59,091 bases of DNA from Candidatus Eiseniibacteriota bacterium (GCA_035601515.1 DATNOD010000001.1:1-59091); one strand, 5' to 3'; counted from the first letter of the stretch, positions 5,901 through 14,936 are shown. The notes: generated by a model not told the origin, from the letters alone. Numbers and translations are program-made.

Positions 5901-8765
5901 ATGGCACGACTGCCCGAAGGGACGATCACTTTCATGCTCACCGACCTGCAAGGGTCAACGCAGGCCTGGGAGAAGAAGCCGAAGGCGATGCGCAACGCAA
6001 TGGCGCGCCATGACGCAATCCTGGCCGGCACCATCAGCTATCACGAGGGTCAACGGGTAGAGGCCGGACGCGAAGGGGACAGTGTCCTGGCGGTGTTCAG
6101 GACAGCTGCGACGGCGGCGGCATGCGCACTCGATATCCAGAGGAACTTCGCCACAGAATCCTGGCCCGAAGGTCTGGAGTTAAGGGTGCGGGTTGCACTG
6201 CATACGGGAGAGGCACAACTCCGAGAAGGCCACTACTTTGGTGCGGCGCTGAACCGCTGCGCAAGACTGCTGGCAACCTGTCATCCAGGCCAGATCCTGT
6301 TGACCAAGGCGACCGAGGCAATGCTGGCTGACGAGGTACCGCAGCAAGCCGCGCTTCAAGACCTCGGATTACATCGCCTCAAAGACCTCTCTCGACCGGA
6401 GCAGGTATTCCAACTCAACGATCTAGGGCGTCCGATCGAGTTCCCTCCCATCCACTCGCTGCCGGCGCAGCCGACTAACATGCCGCACTACCTGACCACC
6501 TTCGTCGGGAGAAGCGCGGAACTTTCAGCCCTGCGGTCCCTGCTCCCCCAATCGCGCATGGTCACTCTTACCGGAGCGGGGGGCTCCGGCAAGACCAGGC
6601 TTGCAGCCGAGCTTGGGCAGGCTTGTCTTCAGCTGTGGCCGGGAGGTGTCTGGTGGGTGGACCTGGCACCGGTCGACAACGGCCTCCAGGTGGCCGAGGC
6701 AGTGGTCACCGCGCTCAAACTCCCTGGTCAAGGGCCCGCGCTGGAGGTGGCCATTCTATGGCTGGCCGGCCGGAGAGCCATCCTCGTACTCGACAATTGC
6801 GAGCACCTGGTCGCAGCTTGCGCCGAGTTCTGCCAGGCGGCCCTCGAGCACTGCCCCGAGCTCACCATCATCGCCACCAGCCGAGAGGCCCTGGGGGTGC
6901 CCGGCGAAGTTCGTCGGCCGGTTTCGTCGATGCGCGCAACCGACGCAGTGCAGCTGTTTGAGGCTCGGGCACGACTGGTCATGCCTGACTTCAAGGCCAC
7001 ATCGTCCAGCCTTGAGACTGTCATGCAAATCTGCGAGCGCCTCGATGGCATGCCGCTCGCCATCGAGCTAGCGGCTGCCCGCCTGGGCATGCTGACTGAG
7101 GGCGAGATCCTAGACCAGCTCTCCGACCGTTTCCGTCTGCTGACTGGCGGCAGTCGGACCGCCCCCGCGCGGCAGCAGACGATGGCCGCGACTATCGACT
7201 GGAGCTATCGCCTGCTCACCGAAGACGAGGCCCTGCTGTTCCGCCGCCTGTCGGTATTTCGGGGCGGCTTCACTTTGGAGAGCGCCCAGGCTGTTTGCGC
7301 TGATGCGATTGCCGGTAACGTGCTCGATCTCATCGCCGGTCTTGTCCTGAAATCGATGGTGGTGGCCGAACGGGCGCAGGACGTACGCAGCCGCTACCGA
7401 CTCCTGGAGTCCCAGCTCGCCTATGCCGAAGAACGGTTGCGGGAGAAGGGTGAGCTCGAGTTGACGCGGCGTCGCCACTATGAGTACTTCCGCGACAGCC
7501 TCTCGGCCAATACGGTTTGGCAGGTGGGTCCGCGCAAGGCGGACAGCAGCCCGACAGCCGGTATGGTCGGGTTGGACTGGAAGGCTGAGGAGTCGGGCAA
7601 CCTATGGACCGCCCTGGGGTGGGCACGAAACAATGCCGACGACCTGGGGCTCAGTCTCGCCGTGGGCTTGGAGTACAGGGACCTCACGCACGCAAGGAGC
7701 GTGTTTGCGGATCTGCTGATGCACTCTCCGGCGCAGGGCGTGCTTCGCGTCAAAGGTCTCTCCCACGCCGCCTTCTTTGCGTGGGCACAAGGCGACTATG
7801 AGGCCGCTTTTGAAGCGGCTGAACGCAGCGTCGCGGTGGCGCGCGACGTGGGAGATGCCGACTGGTTAGCTTTTGCACTGACCCAGTTGGGAACCGGGCA
7901 CCGTATCCGCGGGGAGCTTGCAGCTGCGGCCGAGATCTACGTGGAGGCCACGGCTCTTCTCAAAGATTCCACCAACCGAGGCCAACTTGCCATCATCAGG
8001 AACCAAGTCGGACTCATGGCAATTCATAAGGCTGATTACGTTGGCGCTTTTGACATCCTCACCGAGTGTGTAGCAATCGCAAGGGCGGACGGTGACGTCA
8101 TCGCCATCGCCAACTATCTCGATAGCCTCGCTCGTGCTCAGCTGGGTTTGAACGACCATCAGGCAGCCGCCGCCAGCTGGAAGGAAGCCCTCTCTATCTA
8201 CCGTCGTGTCAACGACAACTTCGGAACAGTGGGCTGCCTTGATGGCCTGTCATGTGCCGTCAGCGCCGGTGGAGATGACCAGCGAGCACTGCGACTGGCT
8301 GCGGCTGCCAATCACATGTCGACCGACCTGTCGTTGCGATCCGACGATTGGCTGGTCAGCTGCGCGGAGGAGTCGCAGCGCCAATCCCGATCGAGACTTG
8401 AGACGCGCAAGGGTGAACAGGCCTGGAACCAAGGGTGGGCAATGACCGTTGATCAGGCGCTTGACTATGCCCTTGGTGGAGGTGAGCCCGACACCCTGAG
8501 CGAGGCCAGCGCGCTGAGCCGGCGAGAGCGAGAGGTCGCGACTCTAGTCGCCACCGGCCTGACTAACCGCCAAATCGCCAAGCGCCTATTCATCGCCGAG
8601 CGAACTGCCGAGGGACACGTCGAGCGGATCAGGAACAAGCTGGATGTTCGTTCTCGAACTGAAGTCGCCACGTGGGCCGTCGAGCACGGGCTAATGGCAG
8701 CACCGATAAAGCAGAGAGGGACGCGCCCAGAGCCCCCCTCTACTCAATCACGGCAACCAAGCTAA
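5901..8765 (+). CDS. Class III nucleotidyl-cyclase domain / STAND (AAA) NTPase / TPR / LuxR-type HTH regulator
   Basis: N-term FMLTDLQGST...GDSVLAVF...GAALNRCARL (cyclase fold). FVGRSAEL...LTGAGGSGKTRLA P-loop. TPR-like helical repeats. C-term LSRREREVATLVATGLTNRQIAKRLFIAERTAEGHVERIRNKL (LuxR HTH). ATG 5901. Confidence 0.8.
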   Translation: MARLPEGTITFMLTDLQGSTQAWEKKPKAMRNAMARHDAILAGTISYHEGQRVEAGREGDSVLAVFRTAATAAACALDIQRNFATESWPEGLELRVRVALHTGEAQLREGHYFGAALNRCARLLATCHPGQILLTKATEAMLADEVPQQAALQDLGLHRLKDLSRPEQVFQLNDLGRPIEFPPIHSLPAQPTNMPHYLTTFVGRSAELSALRSLLPQSRMVTLTGAGGSGKTRLAAELGQACLQLWPGGVWWVDLAPVDNGLQVAEAVVTALKLPGQGPALEVAILWLAGRRAILVLDNCEHLVAACAEFCQAALEHCPELTIIATSREALGVPGEVRRPVSSMRATDAVQLFEARARLVMPDFKATSSSLETVMQICERLDGMPLAIELAAARLGMLTEGEILDQLSDRFRLLTGGSRTAPARQQTMAATIDWSYRLLTEDEALLFRRLSVFRGGFTLESAQAVCADAIAGNVLDLIAGLVLKSMVVAERAQDVRSRYRLLESQLAYAEERLREKGELELTRRRHYEYFRDSLSANTVWQVGPRKADSSPTAGMVGLDWKAEESGNLWTALGWARNNADDLGLSLAVGLEYRDLTHARSVFADLLMHSPAQGVLRVKGLSHAAFFAWAQGDYEAAFEAAERSVAVARDVGDADWLAFALTQLGTGHRIRGELAAAAEIYVEATALLKDSTNRGQLAIIRNQVGLMAIHKADYVGAFDILTECVAIARADGDVIAIANYLDSLARAQLGLNDHQAAAASWKEALSIYRRVNDNFGTVGCLDGLSCAVSAGGDDQRALRLAAAANHMSTDLSLRSDDWLVSCAEESQRQSRSRLETRKGEQAWNQGWAMTVDQALDYALGGGEPDTLSEASALSRREREVATLVATGLTNRQIAKRLFIAERTAEGHVERIRNKLDVRSRTEVATWAVEHGLMAAPIKQRGTRPEPPSTQSRQPS

Positions 8766-9019
8766 GGCTGAGGTCCTCCTCGACTGCTCCCTGGTTCTCG
8801 GAACGATGCGCCGGTTGACGACGCGTCGTTCGATGCTGAACCGTCCGACGCCACGGACTGACCCGCCACGATGTGCGCGCTCGGAGCTGCGACCGGAAGG
8901 CTCAATGTTTTGACGAGATAGCCTCCCGTAGCCCCAACCATGAACACCGCCACGATGGCGGCAATGATCGCCACTCTGTTCAAGATCGCCGATCGCCAAC
9001 ACGCTGTCCTCACGTCCAT
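8762..9019 (-). CDS. Hypothetical small membrane-anchored protein
   Basis: ATG 9019 preceded by GGAAGGTGG. One TM helix (VAIIAAIVAVFMVGATGGYLV). No recognisable domain. Confidence 0.35.
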   Translation of the reverse strand: MDVRTACWRSAILNRVAIIAAIVAVFMVGATGGYLVKTLSLPVAAPSAHIVAGQSVASDGSASNDASSTGASFREPGSSRGGPQP

Positions 9020-9238
9020 CGTTGACCACCTTCCGGTTTATTCAGCTCGCTCATCGCGAGCAGTGAGGTCAAACCTAGGAATCGCAAGACACGGTCATAA
9101 GGCGGAAAACACCTGAACCCGCCAGGTCACTACCTGAATTCGGCTACCCGTTTTCCGGAAGGCGTCGACCTGACCGGCAAAATCGCACGTTGGCAGGGCC
9201 GAGCCTACACAACATGTTGGTGCTCGTCTGAAACTTGA

Positions 9239-9285
9239 TGGTGCTCGCGCAGGGAGTCGAACCCTGAACCTTGGGATTAAGAGTC
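9239..9285 (-). repeat. Partial copy of tRNA-Lys 3' half (att-like direct repeat)
   Basis: 47/47 nt identical to 14456-14502 (checked base by base), same orientation. Confidence 0.9.
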
Positions 9286-9294
9286 TCTCGACAT

Positions 9295-9386
9295 ACCGTC
9301 TCAGGGAGTTTCAGCGAGGATCAGCGCGTCTCACTCGAGCTCGAATTTATGACGCAACCGTCTCAGGGAGTCTCAGCGAGGATCAG
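9295..9386 (+). repeat. 30-nt direct repeat pair inside the left arm of the island
   Basis: ACCGTCTCAGGGAGTTTCAGCGAGGATCAG (9295-9324) and ACCGTCTCAGGGAGTCTCAGCGAGGATCAG (9357-9386), 29/30 identical. Confidence 0.85.
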
Positions 9387-9472
9387 GGAGTCTCCCGGTC
9401 AAGGTGTCTAATAGGGTGCGAAGACGTCGTGGCTGCTCCCAATGGCGGCGGGACTCCACACCATCGGCTCGA

Positions 9473-10279
9473 TCAGCCCCGATCGATGATCATCGACGCG
9501 AGGATGGCCTTTAGCTCCGCGAGGTCCGCCTGAGAGGTGGCTGGCATGTGCGAAGCGTCGATCACTAGCGGCCGGCGATCGACATCGACCATGTACACAG
9601 AGTCGAGCTGGCCGCCGGCGTTATGGGAGTTCGCACCATTGCTATGCCACTCGGTCCAGCTTCGGAACTCCCCCTTGTCACAGGTGGAGATGTCCAGCGC
9701 GGCCGGCACTGAGAGATCGATCCGCAGGGCAAGCACGCTCCCCCTTTGTCCGGCCCACAAATCCGTCAGCTTCACTGGGGTCAGCGCACGCGGGAGGGGA
9801 CCCCGAAAGGCCTGGTTGGCCAGCCCCCCGTCATAGGGCGCCAGCACAATCGCACCATTTGCAGCATGGGAATGGTTGGCGAGATCGAGCGGGCTCAGCG
9901 CGCTTCCCTGCCAGTCACAGGGGTCGGCGTACACCTGATCCACGGTCCAGGCGCTGAACGCAACCTCGCCAGGCTGATTCAGGTGCTTGTACACGAGCCC
10001 TTTGCTGCTGGCCCATCCAGGTGGCAGCGTGAAATAGATCCCCGCGTAAGCGGAACATCCTCCTGCGCAGGAAGGATCTGGATTGGCCAGGAAATAGGTC
10101 CCGGGAGCGAGGGCGCCCGACTTCGGGAGGGGAACCGGAATACCCGTAACGACCGGATTCGCCAGAACGACCTGCCTCGAGTGGAGTGACCGCGCGGTGA
10201 GCAGAAGCGTGGCCACAATCGCGACAGCGAGCAGCGCCGCCACCAGGGCGGCCATCTTGACCCTGGTAAGCGTGCTCAT
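9473..10279 (-). CDS. Hypothetical secreted/membrane-anchored protein
   Basis: N-terminal signal-anchor (MAALVAALLAVAIVATLLL), several Cys, no recognised domain. AGGAG RBS. 5' region duplicated upstream of the cupin gene. Confidence 0.6.
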   Translation of the reverse strand: MSTLTRVKMAALVAALLAVAIVATLLLTARSLHSRQVVLANPVVTGIPVPLPKSGALAPGTYFLANPDPSCAGGCSAYAGIYFTLPPGWASSKGLVYKHLNQPGEVAFSAWTVDQVYADPCDWQGSALSPLDLANHSHAANGAIVLAPYDGGLANQAFRGPLPRALTPVKLTDLWAGQRGSVLALRIDLSVPAALDISTCDKGEFRSWTEWHSNGANSHNAGGQLDSVYMVDVDRRPLVIDASHMPATSQADLAELKAILASMIIDRG

Positions 10280-10447
10280 TCGCGACTCCTCATGCGGTTG
10301 TTGACGGTGGCAACGACGAAATCGCCTTCATAGCGATATACGGTCCGTTGCCTCAATTTGCCCCACCTGATTTCGGCCAAGAGATTTGGGGCACATCTGC
10401 CCGCAACGCCCTCTAGGTCGAGTGCGGTGGGCTAAGTGACGTCGTTT
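10277..10447. repeat. Copy A of a ~170-bp duplicated divergent promoter/5' region
   Basis: Aligns by eye at roughly 80% identity with 11005-11176. In this copy the sigma-factor start is reduced to GTG GGC TAA. Confidence 0.8.
10336..10362 (-). promoter_or_regulatory. Candidate ECF-type promoter block (copy A)
   Basis: Minus-strand GGCAAAttgagGCAACggaCCGTATAT, conserved with copy B, about 60 nt upstream of ATG 10279. Confidence 0.3.
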
Positions 10448-10524
10448 GGGCTTCCGACTGGTTGTCGGTCATCGAGTTAGCGAGCGGCGTCCCCATCGAA
10501 GAGCGCGCCGCCGCTCAACAGCCG

Positions 10525-11007
10525 TCAGATGTCCGGGCAAGTACTCGGGTCTGGCACGTCGATCCTCGCGGAGCCACCCTGAGGTACACGCGGGAAAGTG
10601 ACGATGAGTACGTATGGGGTCGTGCCGGTATTGACCACGTCATCCACTTCGCCAGGTCGCTCGATAAACGCCTGCCCTGCGGTGTAGTTGGTGGTCTCGC
10701 ACTGGCTGCCGACCGATCGGTGCACGGTGAGTTCGCCCTGCTCCACGACCACGATTGCACCCCCTGGATGCGCGTGCCAGCCAGAGGAGCCGCCGGGGAT
10801 GACCGTGATCTGCGTCACGACTACGTCCGTTCCCTCTTTGAACGCGATGGTCCCAACCGACAGGTCGGTGCCACGCGCCAAGGTGACGTTTGTCAGACCC
10901 GACGGTGGCGTGGCCGCCCCAGGCACAGCGTTGACTGCGACGAGCAGCCCCGCCAATCCCAACGTCATCAATGCCAGCCGAAAAACCCGTCTCGTAAGTG
11001 TGTCCAT
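10525..11007 (-). CDS. Secreted cupin domain protein
   Basis: Signal peptide (LALMTLGLAGLLVAVNA) plus GGSSGWHAHPGG...VVEQGELTV cupin motifs. AAGGAG RBS. Confidence 0.7.
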   Translation of the reverse strand: MDTLTRRVFRLALMTLGLAGLLVAVNAVPGAATPPSGLTNVTLARGTDLSVGTIAFKEGTDVVVTQITVIPGGSSGWHAHPGGAIVVVEQGELTVHRSVGSQCETTNYTAGQAFIERPGEVDDVVNTGTTPYVLIVTFPRVPQGGSARIDVPDPSTCPDI

Positions 11008-11176
11008 TCGCGACTCCTTATATGGCTGTTGCCGGTGTCAACGAAGAGATCGCCTTCACAGTCATATACGGTCAGTTGCCACTGTTTGCCGCAAATGATT
11101 TCCGGCCAAGAAATTTGGGGCACATCGGCCCGCGACGCCCTATATAGGTCGAGTGCGATGGTCCAAGTGATGTTCG
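11005..11176. repeat. Copy B of the duplicated divergent promoter/5' region
   Basis: See copy A. This copy keeps TATATA (11141-11146) and the ATG 11158 start of the ECF sigma gene. Confidence 0.8.
11064..11090 (-). promoter_or_regulatory. Candidate ECF-type promoter block (copy B)
   Basis: Minus-strand GGCAAAcagtgGCAACtgaCCGTATAT, about 60 nt upstream of ATG 11007. Confidence 0.3.
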
Positions 11177-11697
11177 TCCAGACCGACACCGAATTGATCC
11201 TGGCTGCCAGGGAGGGCGACGGTTCAGCCTTTGCCGAGCTCATTCGTCCCCAGTACAGGGTGGCGTTCCGCGTGGCCTTTGGACTACTCCACAACGCCGA
11301 CGAAGCGGAGGACGCCGTTCAGGAAGCAGCTTTCAAAGCGTGGAGAAGGCTTGGCAACCTTCGCGAGGGCGCCAGCCTACGGCCATGGTTCCTAGCCATC
11401 GTGGCCAATCAATGCCGGACCGTGAGCAGAAGCAGGTGGTGGTCTGTGGTCAAGGCCGAATCGTTTGAGGGTGAGGGACAGTCGGTTGACGTCGCAGCTG
11501 CAGTCGACCTTCGCCGAGCCCTCCTCAGGTTAGGCCACGACGAACGACTGATTGTGGTCCTTCGCTACTACCTCGACATGCCATTTGAGGAGATCGCGAC
11601 AACGCTTGGTATCTCCACCAAGGCGGCCAGGACTCGCGTCGAACGAGCAGTCCGTCGCCTCCGTCCAATCATTCAGATCCAGGGGGCGGCATTCTGA
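11158..11697 (+). CDS. ECF (sigma-70 family) RNA polymerase sigma factor
   Basis: Region 2 (DAVQEAAFKAWRRLGNLREGASLRPWFLAIVANQCR) and region 4 (RLIVVLRYYLDMPFEEIATTLGISTKAARTRVERAVRRL). ATG 11158 (alternative ATG 11170). The upstream 232 codons of track ORF 10462-11697 are rejected. Confidence 0.8.
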   Translation: MVQVMFVQTDTELILAAREGDGSAFAELIRPQYRVAFRVAFGLLHNADEAEDAVQEAAFKAWRRLGNLREGASLRPWFLAIVANQCRTVSRSRWWSVVKAESFEGEGQSVDVAAAVDLRRALLRLGHDERLIVVLRYYLDMPFEEIATTLGISTKAARTRVERAVRRLRPIIQIQGAAF

Positions 11698-12698
11698 TGG
11701 AAGAACGGACTCTGTTTGATCGAATCCACGAAGCACTCGATGTCGAACCGCGACCGGGTGCTTACGAGCGACTGCGGACCGCTCTCGCCAGCAAGCGAGT
11801 CAAGCCGCAGAGATGGCCGGCGTTTCCGATGAGGTCGCCAAAGTTGGGACTCCGACTGGCGGCCGTTATGACTGTCGTGGTGCTGGCGATTGCGGCAGCC
11901 GCCGCCTTCCTGGTCACACACCCTGTGGCAGACCGTGAGACTCCTGCCGACTCGGAGCGCGCGATCGCCGCGTACAAACTGATGCTGTACGACGACTACA
12001 TCAAGATCCCAGATCCAGCCATCGAGTCGGTGTGCTTCGGCAACCAGTTTGCAGCCTGCGATGCCGACGTGAGCGTCCGCATACCTGTCGTGAACCAAAT
12101 CCAAAATGATCTCAATCGGCTCGAACCACCCGCCAGGTTCGCCGTTGCAGTCGGTCAAATGCGTCGCCACAATGCACTACAACTCACGCGCCTCAATGCT
12201 GTGCTTGCTGCCAGCCGGGCGCAGGACGCTGCGGGCATGGATCGCTCGGTTGCGGCCGTCGTCAGCGGGCGTCCATGGATGGACGCGATGTTTACCGGCG
12301 TCCTGAGTTCGCAACAGGGGACCGTGGCAACGTACCTCGGCTCTGTGCGCAACGAAAAACGAAATCTTGATCTATGCGTGGAGTGCCAAGACCTGGCCGG
12401 GCAGAACCAGATCACTTGCACTGGGAGTCAGGCAACCAGCTGCCAGGCCTTGCTCCAAGGCACCGCAGCGCAGGTTGGGAGCTTCCAGAGAGCTGTAGTC
12501 CTGGTCGCTGCCCCGAGCTCCATGGCCACCAGGGACAACCGTCTGCAGGTTGATTTGGCAACGGCCGACACGGCTCTAGTCACGATGGCCGAGGCACTGT
12601 CAGCAGGTGATCAAGCCGGATTCAATGCCGGTCGAGCATCGCTTCAGCAGGCCATGGCTGCGGTCAACGTGGACGCCGCGGACATCTTGAACGGTTAG
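11697..12698 (+). CDS. Putative single-pass anti-sigma factor
   Basis: ATG overlaps the sigma stop (TGATG). Short cytoplasmic N-terminus, one TM (LRLAAVMTVVVLAIAAAAAFLV), Cys-containing extracytoplasmic domain. Assignment by position only. Confidence 0.5.
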   Translation: MEERTLFDRIHEALDVEPRPGAYERLRTALASKRVKPQRWPAFPMRSPKLGLRLAAVMTVVVLAIAAAAAFLVTHPVADRETPADSERAIAAYKLMLYDDYIKIPDPAIESVCFGNQFAACDADVSVRIPVVNQIQNDLNRLEPPARFAVAVGQMRRHNALQLTRLNAVLAASRAQDAAGMDRSVAAVVSGRPWMDAMFTGVLSSQQGTVATYLGSVRNEKRNLDLCVECQDLAGQNQITCTGSQATSCQALLQGTAAQVGSFQRAVVLVAAPSSMATRDNRLQVDLATADTALVTMAEALSAGDQAGFNAGRASLQQAMAAVNVDAADILNG

Positions 12699-12711
12699 GG
12701 CGGCTGGTTGG

Positions 12712-13869
12712 ATGGGGAGGGAATTTCTGTCTGTGGTTGTCGTCGTCGGGCTGTTGGCGGGCGCCTGCGGCTCCTCGTCGTCGCCGGTCGCCCAGACCTA
12801 CAGCCTTGGCCACTTTCCGAATGTGCCAACGGGTTCTTTCTCCCAATCCACGAGGGGTGCACTGCAGGCCGTCCTTGACGCTGCAATCGATCCTGGAGGG
12901 CTGCCTGGCATCACGGCGACCGTATTGGCTGCCGATGGCGAAGCATGGTCCGGGGCGGCCGGTACCGCCGACGGAGTGCATCCGGTCGAGGTGCGTTCAC
13001 AGTTTTCCATCGCTAGCCTCACCAAGACGGTGATCGCAGCCGAAGTCATGCGCCTTTCCGAAAAAGGGTTGCTGCGTTTAATCGACCCAGTTTCGGAACA
13101 TCTCCCGTCGAACGTCCACTTCGACACCAATGGGGCCACCGTCGAAAACCTGCTCCATATGGAGAGCGGCATCCCCGACCCGACATGGTTTGGTCCCAGT
13201 GGCGCGAAGGCAGATCCGCTACGCGCGTGGACACCCCAGGAGGTCCTGGCCACCGTTCCTGCCTACCGTTCGAAACCAGGCGACCACTTTGTCTACGAGG
13301 ACGCCAACTACATGCTGCTTGGTTTGGTAATCGAGGCAACGACCGGAACGAGCGTGGCCGGTGCACTGCGCTCAGACGTCCTTGCCGATCCACGCCTCGG
13401 CTCGATGGTTTATCAGCCTGCGGAGCGTCCGAAGGGTCCGCTCGCGCTTCCGTTCCTCGGAGGGCAGGTTCGGCCTAACATCCTCGAAGTTGGCGGGGGC
13501 TATCTACCTACCAAGGCGGAAGCCAGTTACGCGAATGGGTCCGGGTGCATGGCAAGCGATTCGGGGGCGCTAGCTCTCTGGGGATATCTGCTGTTCGGCG
13601 GCCAGCTCCTCTCTGAAAAGTCTCTGCTGGCAATGACCGACTTCGGGAACGGTTTCTACGGGCTTGGCGTGTTCAACCAGACCAAGGACGGCGCATGGCG
13701 CGGAGCGGGCCAAGCGATCGGCAACGGAGGATGGGAAGACGGCGGTTACTCGTCGGTTCTGGCTGTCCTACCGAGCGAAGGGATCGTCATCTCCGTCATG
13801 ACCAACCATGCCGGCGACCCCAAGGCCTTGGTGTTCCCCACCGCTGAGGCGCTAGCTTCGTCTCTGTGA
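12712..13869 (+). CDS. Lipoprotein serine hydrolase (beta-lactamase/class C-like, PBP4*-type family)
   Basis: Lipobox LLAGAC. SxxK motif SIASLTKT. YEDANY (Y-x-N). Confidence 0.7.
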   Translation: MGREFLSVVVVVGLLAGACGSSSSPVAQTYSLGHFPNVPTGSFSQSTRGALQAVLDAAIDPGGLPGITATVLAADGEAWSGAAGTADGVHPVEVRSQFSIASLTKTVIAAEVMRLSEKGLLRLIDPVSEHLPSNVHFDTNGATVENLLHMESGIPDPTWFGPSGAKADPLRAWTPQEVLATVPAYRSKPGDHFVYEDANYMLLGLVIEATTGTSVAGALRSDVLADPRLGSMVYQPAERPKGPLALPFLGGQVRPNILEVGGGYLPTKAEASYANGSGCMASDSGALALWGYLLFGGQLLSEKSLLAMTDFGNGFYGLGVFNQTKDGAWRGAGQAIGNGGWEDGGYSSVLAVLPSEGIVISVMTNHAGDPKALVFPTAEALASSL

Positions 13870-14455
13870 TGCGGAGCAAGGACCGCTAAGCAGCGGTACT
13901 GGCTAGAAGCCGGCGACTGGGACGCGTCCACCGTTGCGGTCGCGTACTTGATTTGGGGCGCCGTCTCAACCACATGAGGTGCTCGCGCATGCTTGGGACC
14001 GGCGCTGATCTCTCCAGACTGATAGTCGACGCCGAAGCCGGCATCTTGCTTCGTAGCCAAGCGGAGTTCGAGGGACACGTCTTAGGCACTATTCAGGTTG
14101 ACGACATTGCGTTAATGACGGATTCGGCGCAGGCGTGTTCGATCAAGCAGCGGCCAACCTCGAGGAGTGACAGCGTTCTCCCGCATGAGATCCCGCGAAA
14201 AGGCACCTGGTGTGCGGCGGACAAAGTAGCGACACGGTCCGCATGAGGCCGGGGGATTTCACGTCCCCCGATGGGCGATTTTTGTCGATCACCTGAGATC
14301 AAATTGGACCCGTGCGGCTGCGATTGGGGCTCGCATTCTCAACCGCCAAGGTGTCAAACAAGGTGTCAGACGTCGGTTGAGCCTGGACCTCTTGCCAGCA
14401 CTTGAGACTCCCTGCACCACAGAGAGACTCTCTGAGACTCTGTGACACTACATGC

Positions 14456-14531
<76 letters not shown>

Positions 14532-14612
14532 GTGACCAAAAGCCGAGAAACGATTCTAAGGTTCCAAGGGACTTAACACGCTGGGTTCCTAATTGCATCT
14601 GATCCACCTAGC

Positions 14613-14936
14613 GTGCCCTTCATGCCGGCCCGCGTTCCGTTGGATGTCGACCTCGAGGACAAGCTCATCTACGGCTTGACGCCGATGCGTCTCGCATACC
14701 TTGTGGTGTCTCTGCTCGCGGGGTTTGCGCTCTGGTCATCGCCATGGTCTCCACAACCGATCCGGGCCGCGGCGTCTATGGGTGTCATTGCGCTGGGAGT
14801 TGTGATGGCTTGGGGTCGGTGGCGCGCGCGAGCAACCGACCGCTGGCTGTCGGACATCGCGATTTTCACCGCGAGACGCTACCGATTCGAGTGGACTCTT
14901 TCGAAACGACGGCGAGAACCGAAATCAAGCAGTTGA
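14613..14936 (+). CDS. PrgI-like (VirB3-analog) small membrane protein of Gram-positive-type T4SS
   Basis: VPLDVDLEDKLIYGLTPMRLAYLVVSLLAGFALW matches the PrgI family hallmark (DxEDK..GLT.RQ followed by TM helices). Two TM segments. GTG 14613 or ATG 14622. Confidence 0.6.
   Translation: MPFMPARVPLDVDLEDKLIYGLTPMRLAYLVVSLLAGFALWSSPWSPQPIRAAASMGVIALGVVMAWGRWRARATDRWLSDIAIFTARRYRFEWTLSKRRREPKSSS

Noticed and set aside
13953-14246. 97-aa plus-strand ORF and three 60-110-aa minus-strand ORFs in the spacer next to the tRNA
   Set aside because: None has an RBS, a credible start or a complete domain. I treat them only as possible gene relics (see finding), not as genes.
14744-14932. 5' extension of the VirB4-like ORF as listed in the track (start 14744)
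   Set aside because: It overlaps almost the whole PrgI-like gene in another frame. A TTG at 14933 forming a TTGA overlap with the PrgI stop is the more plausible start.
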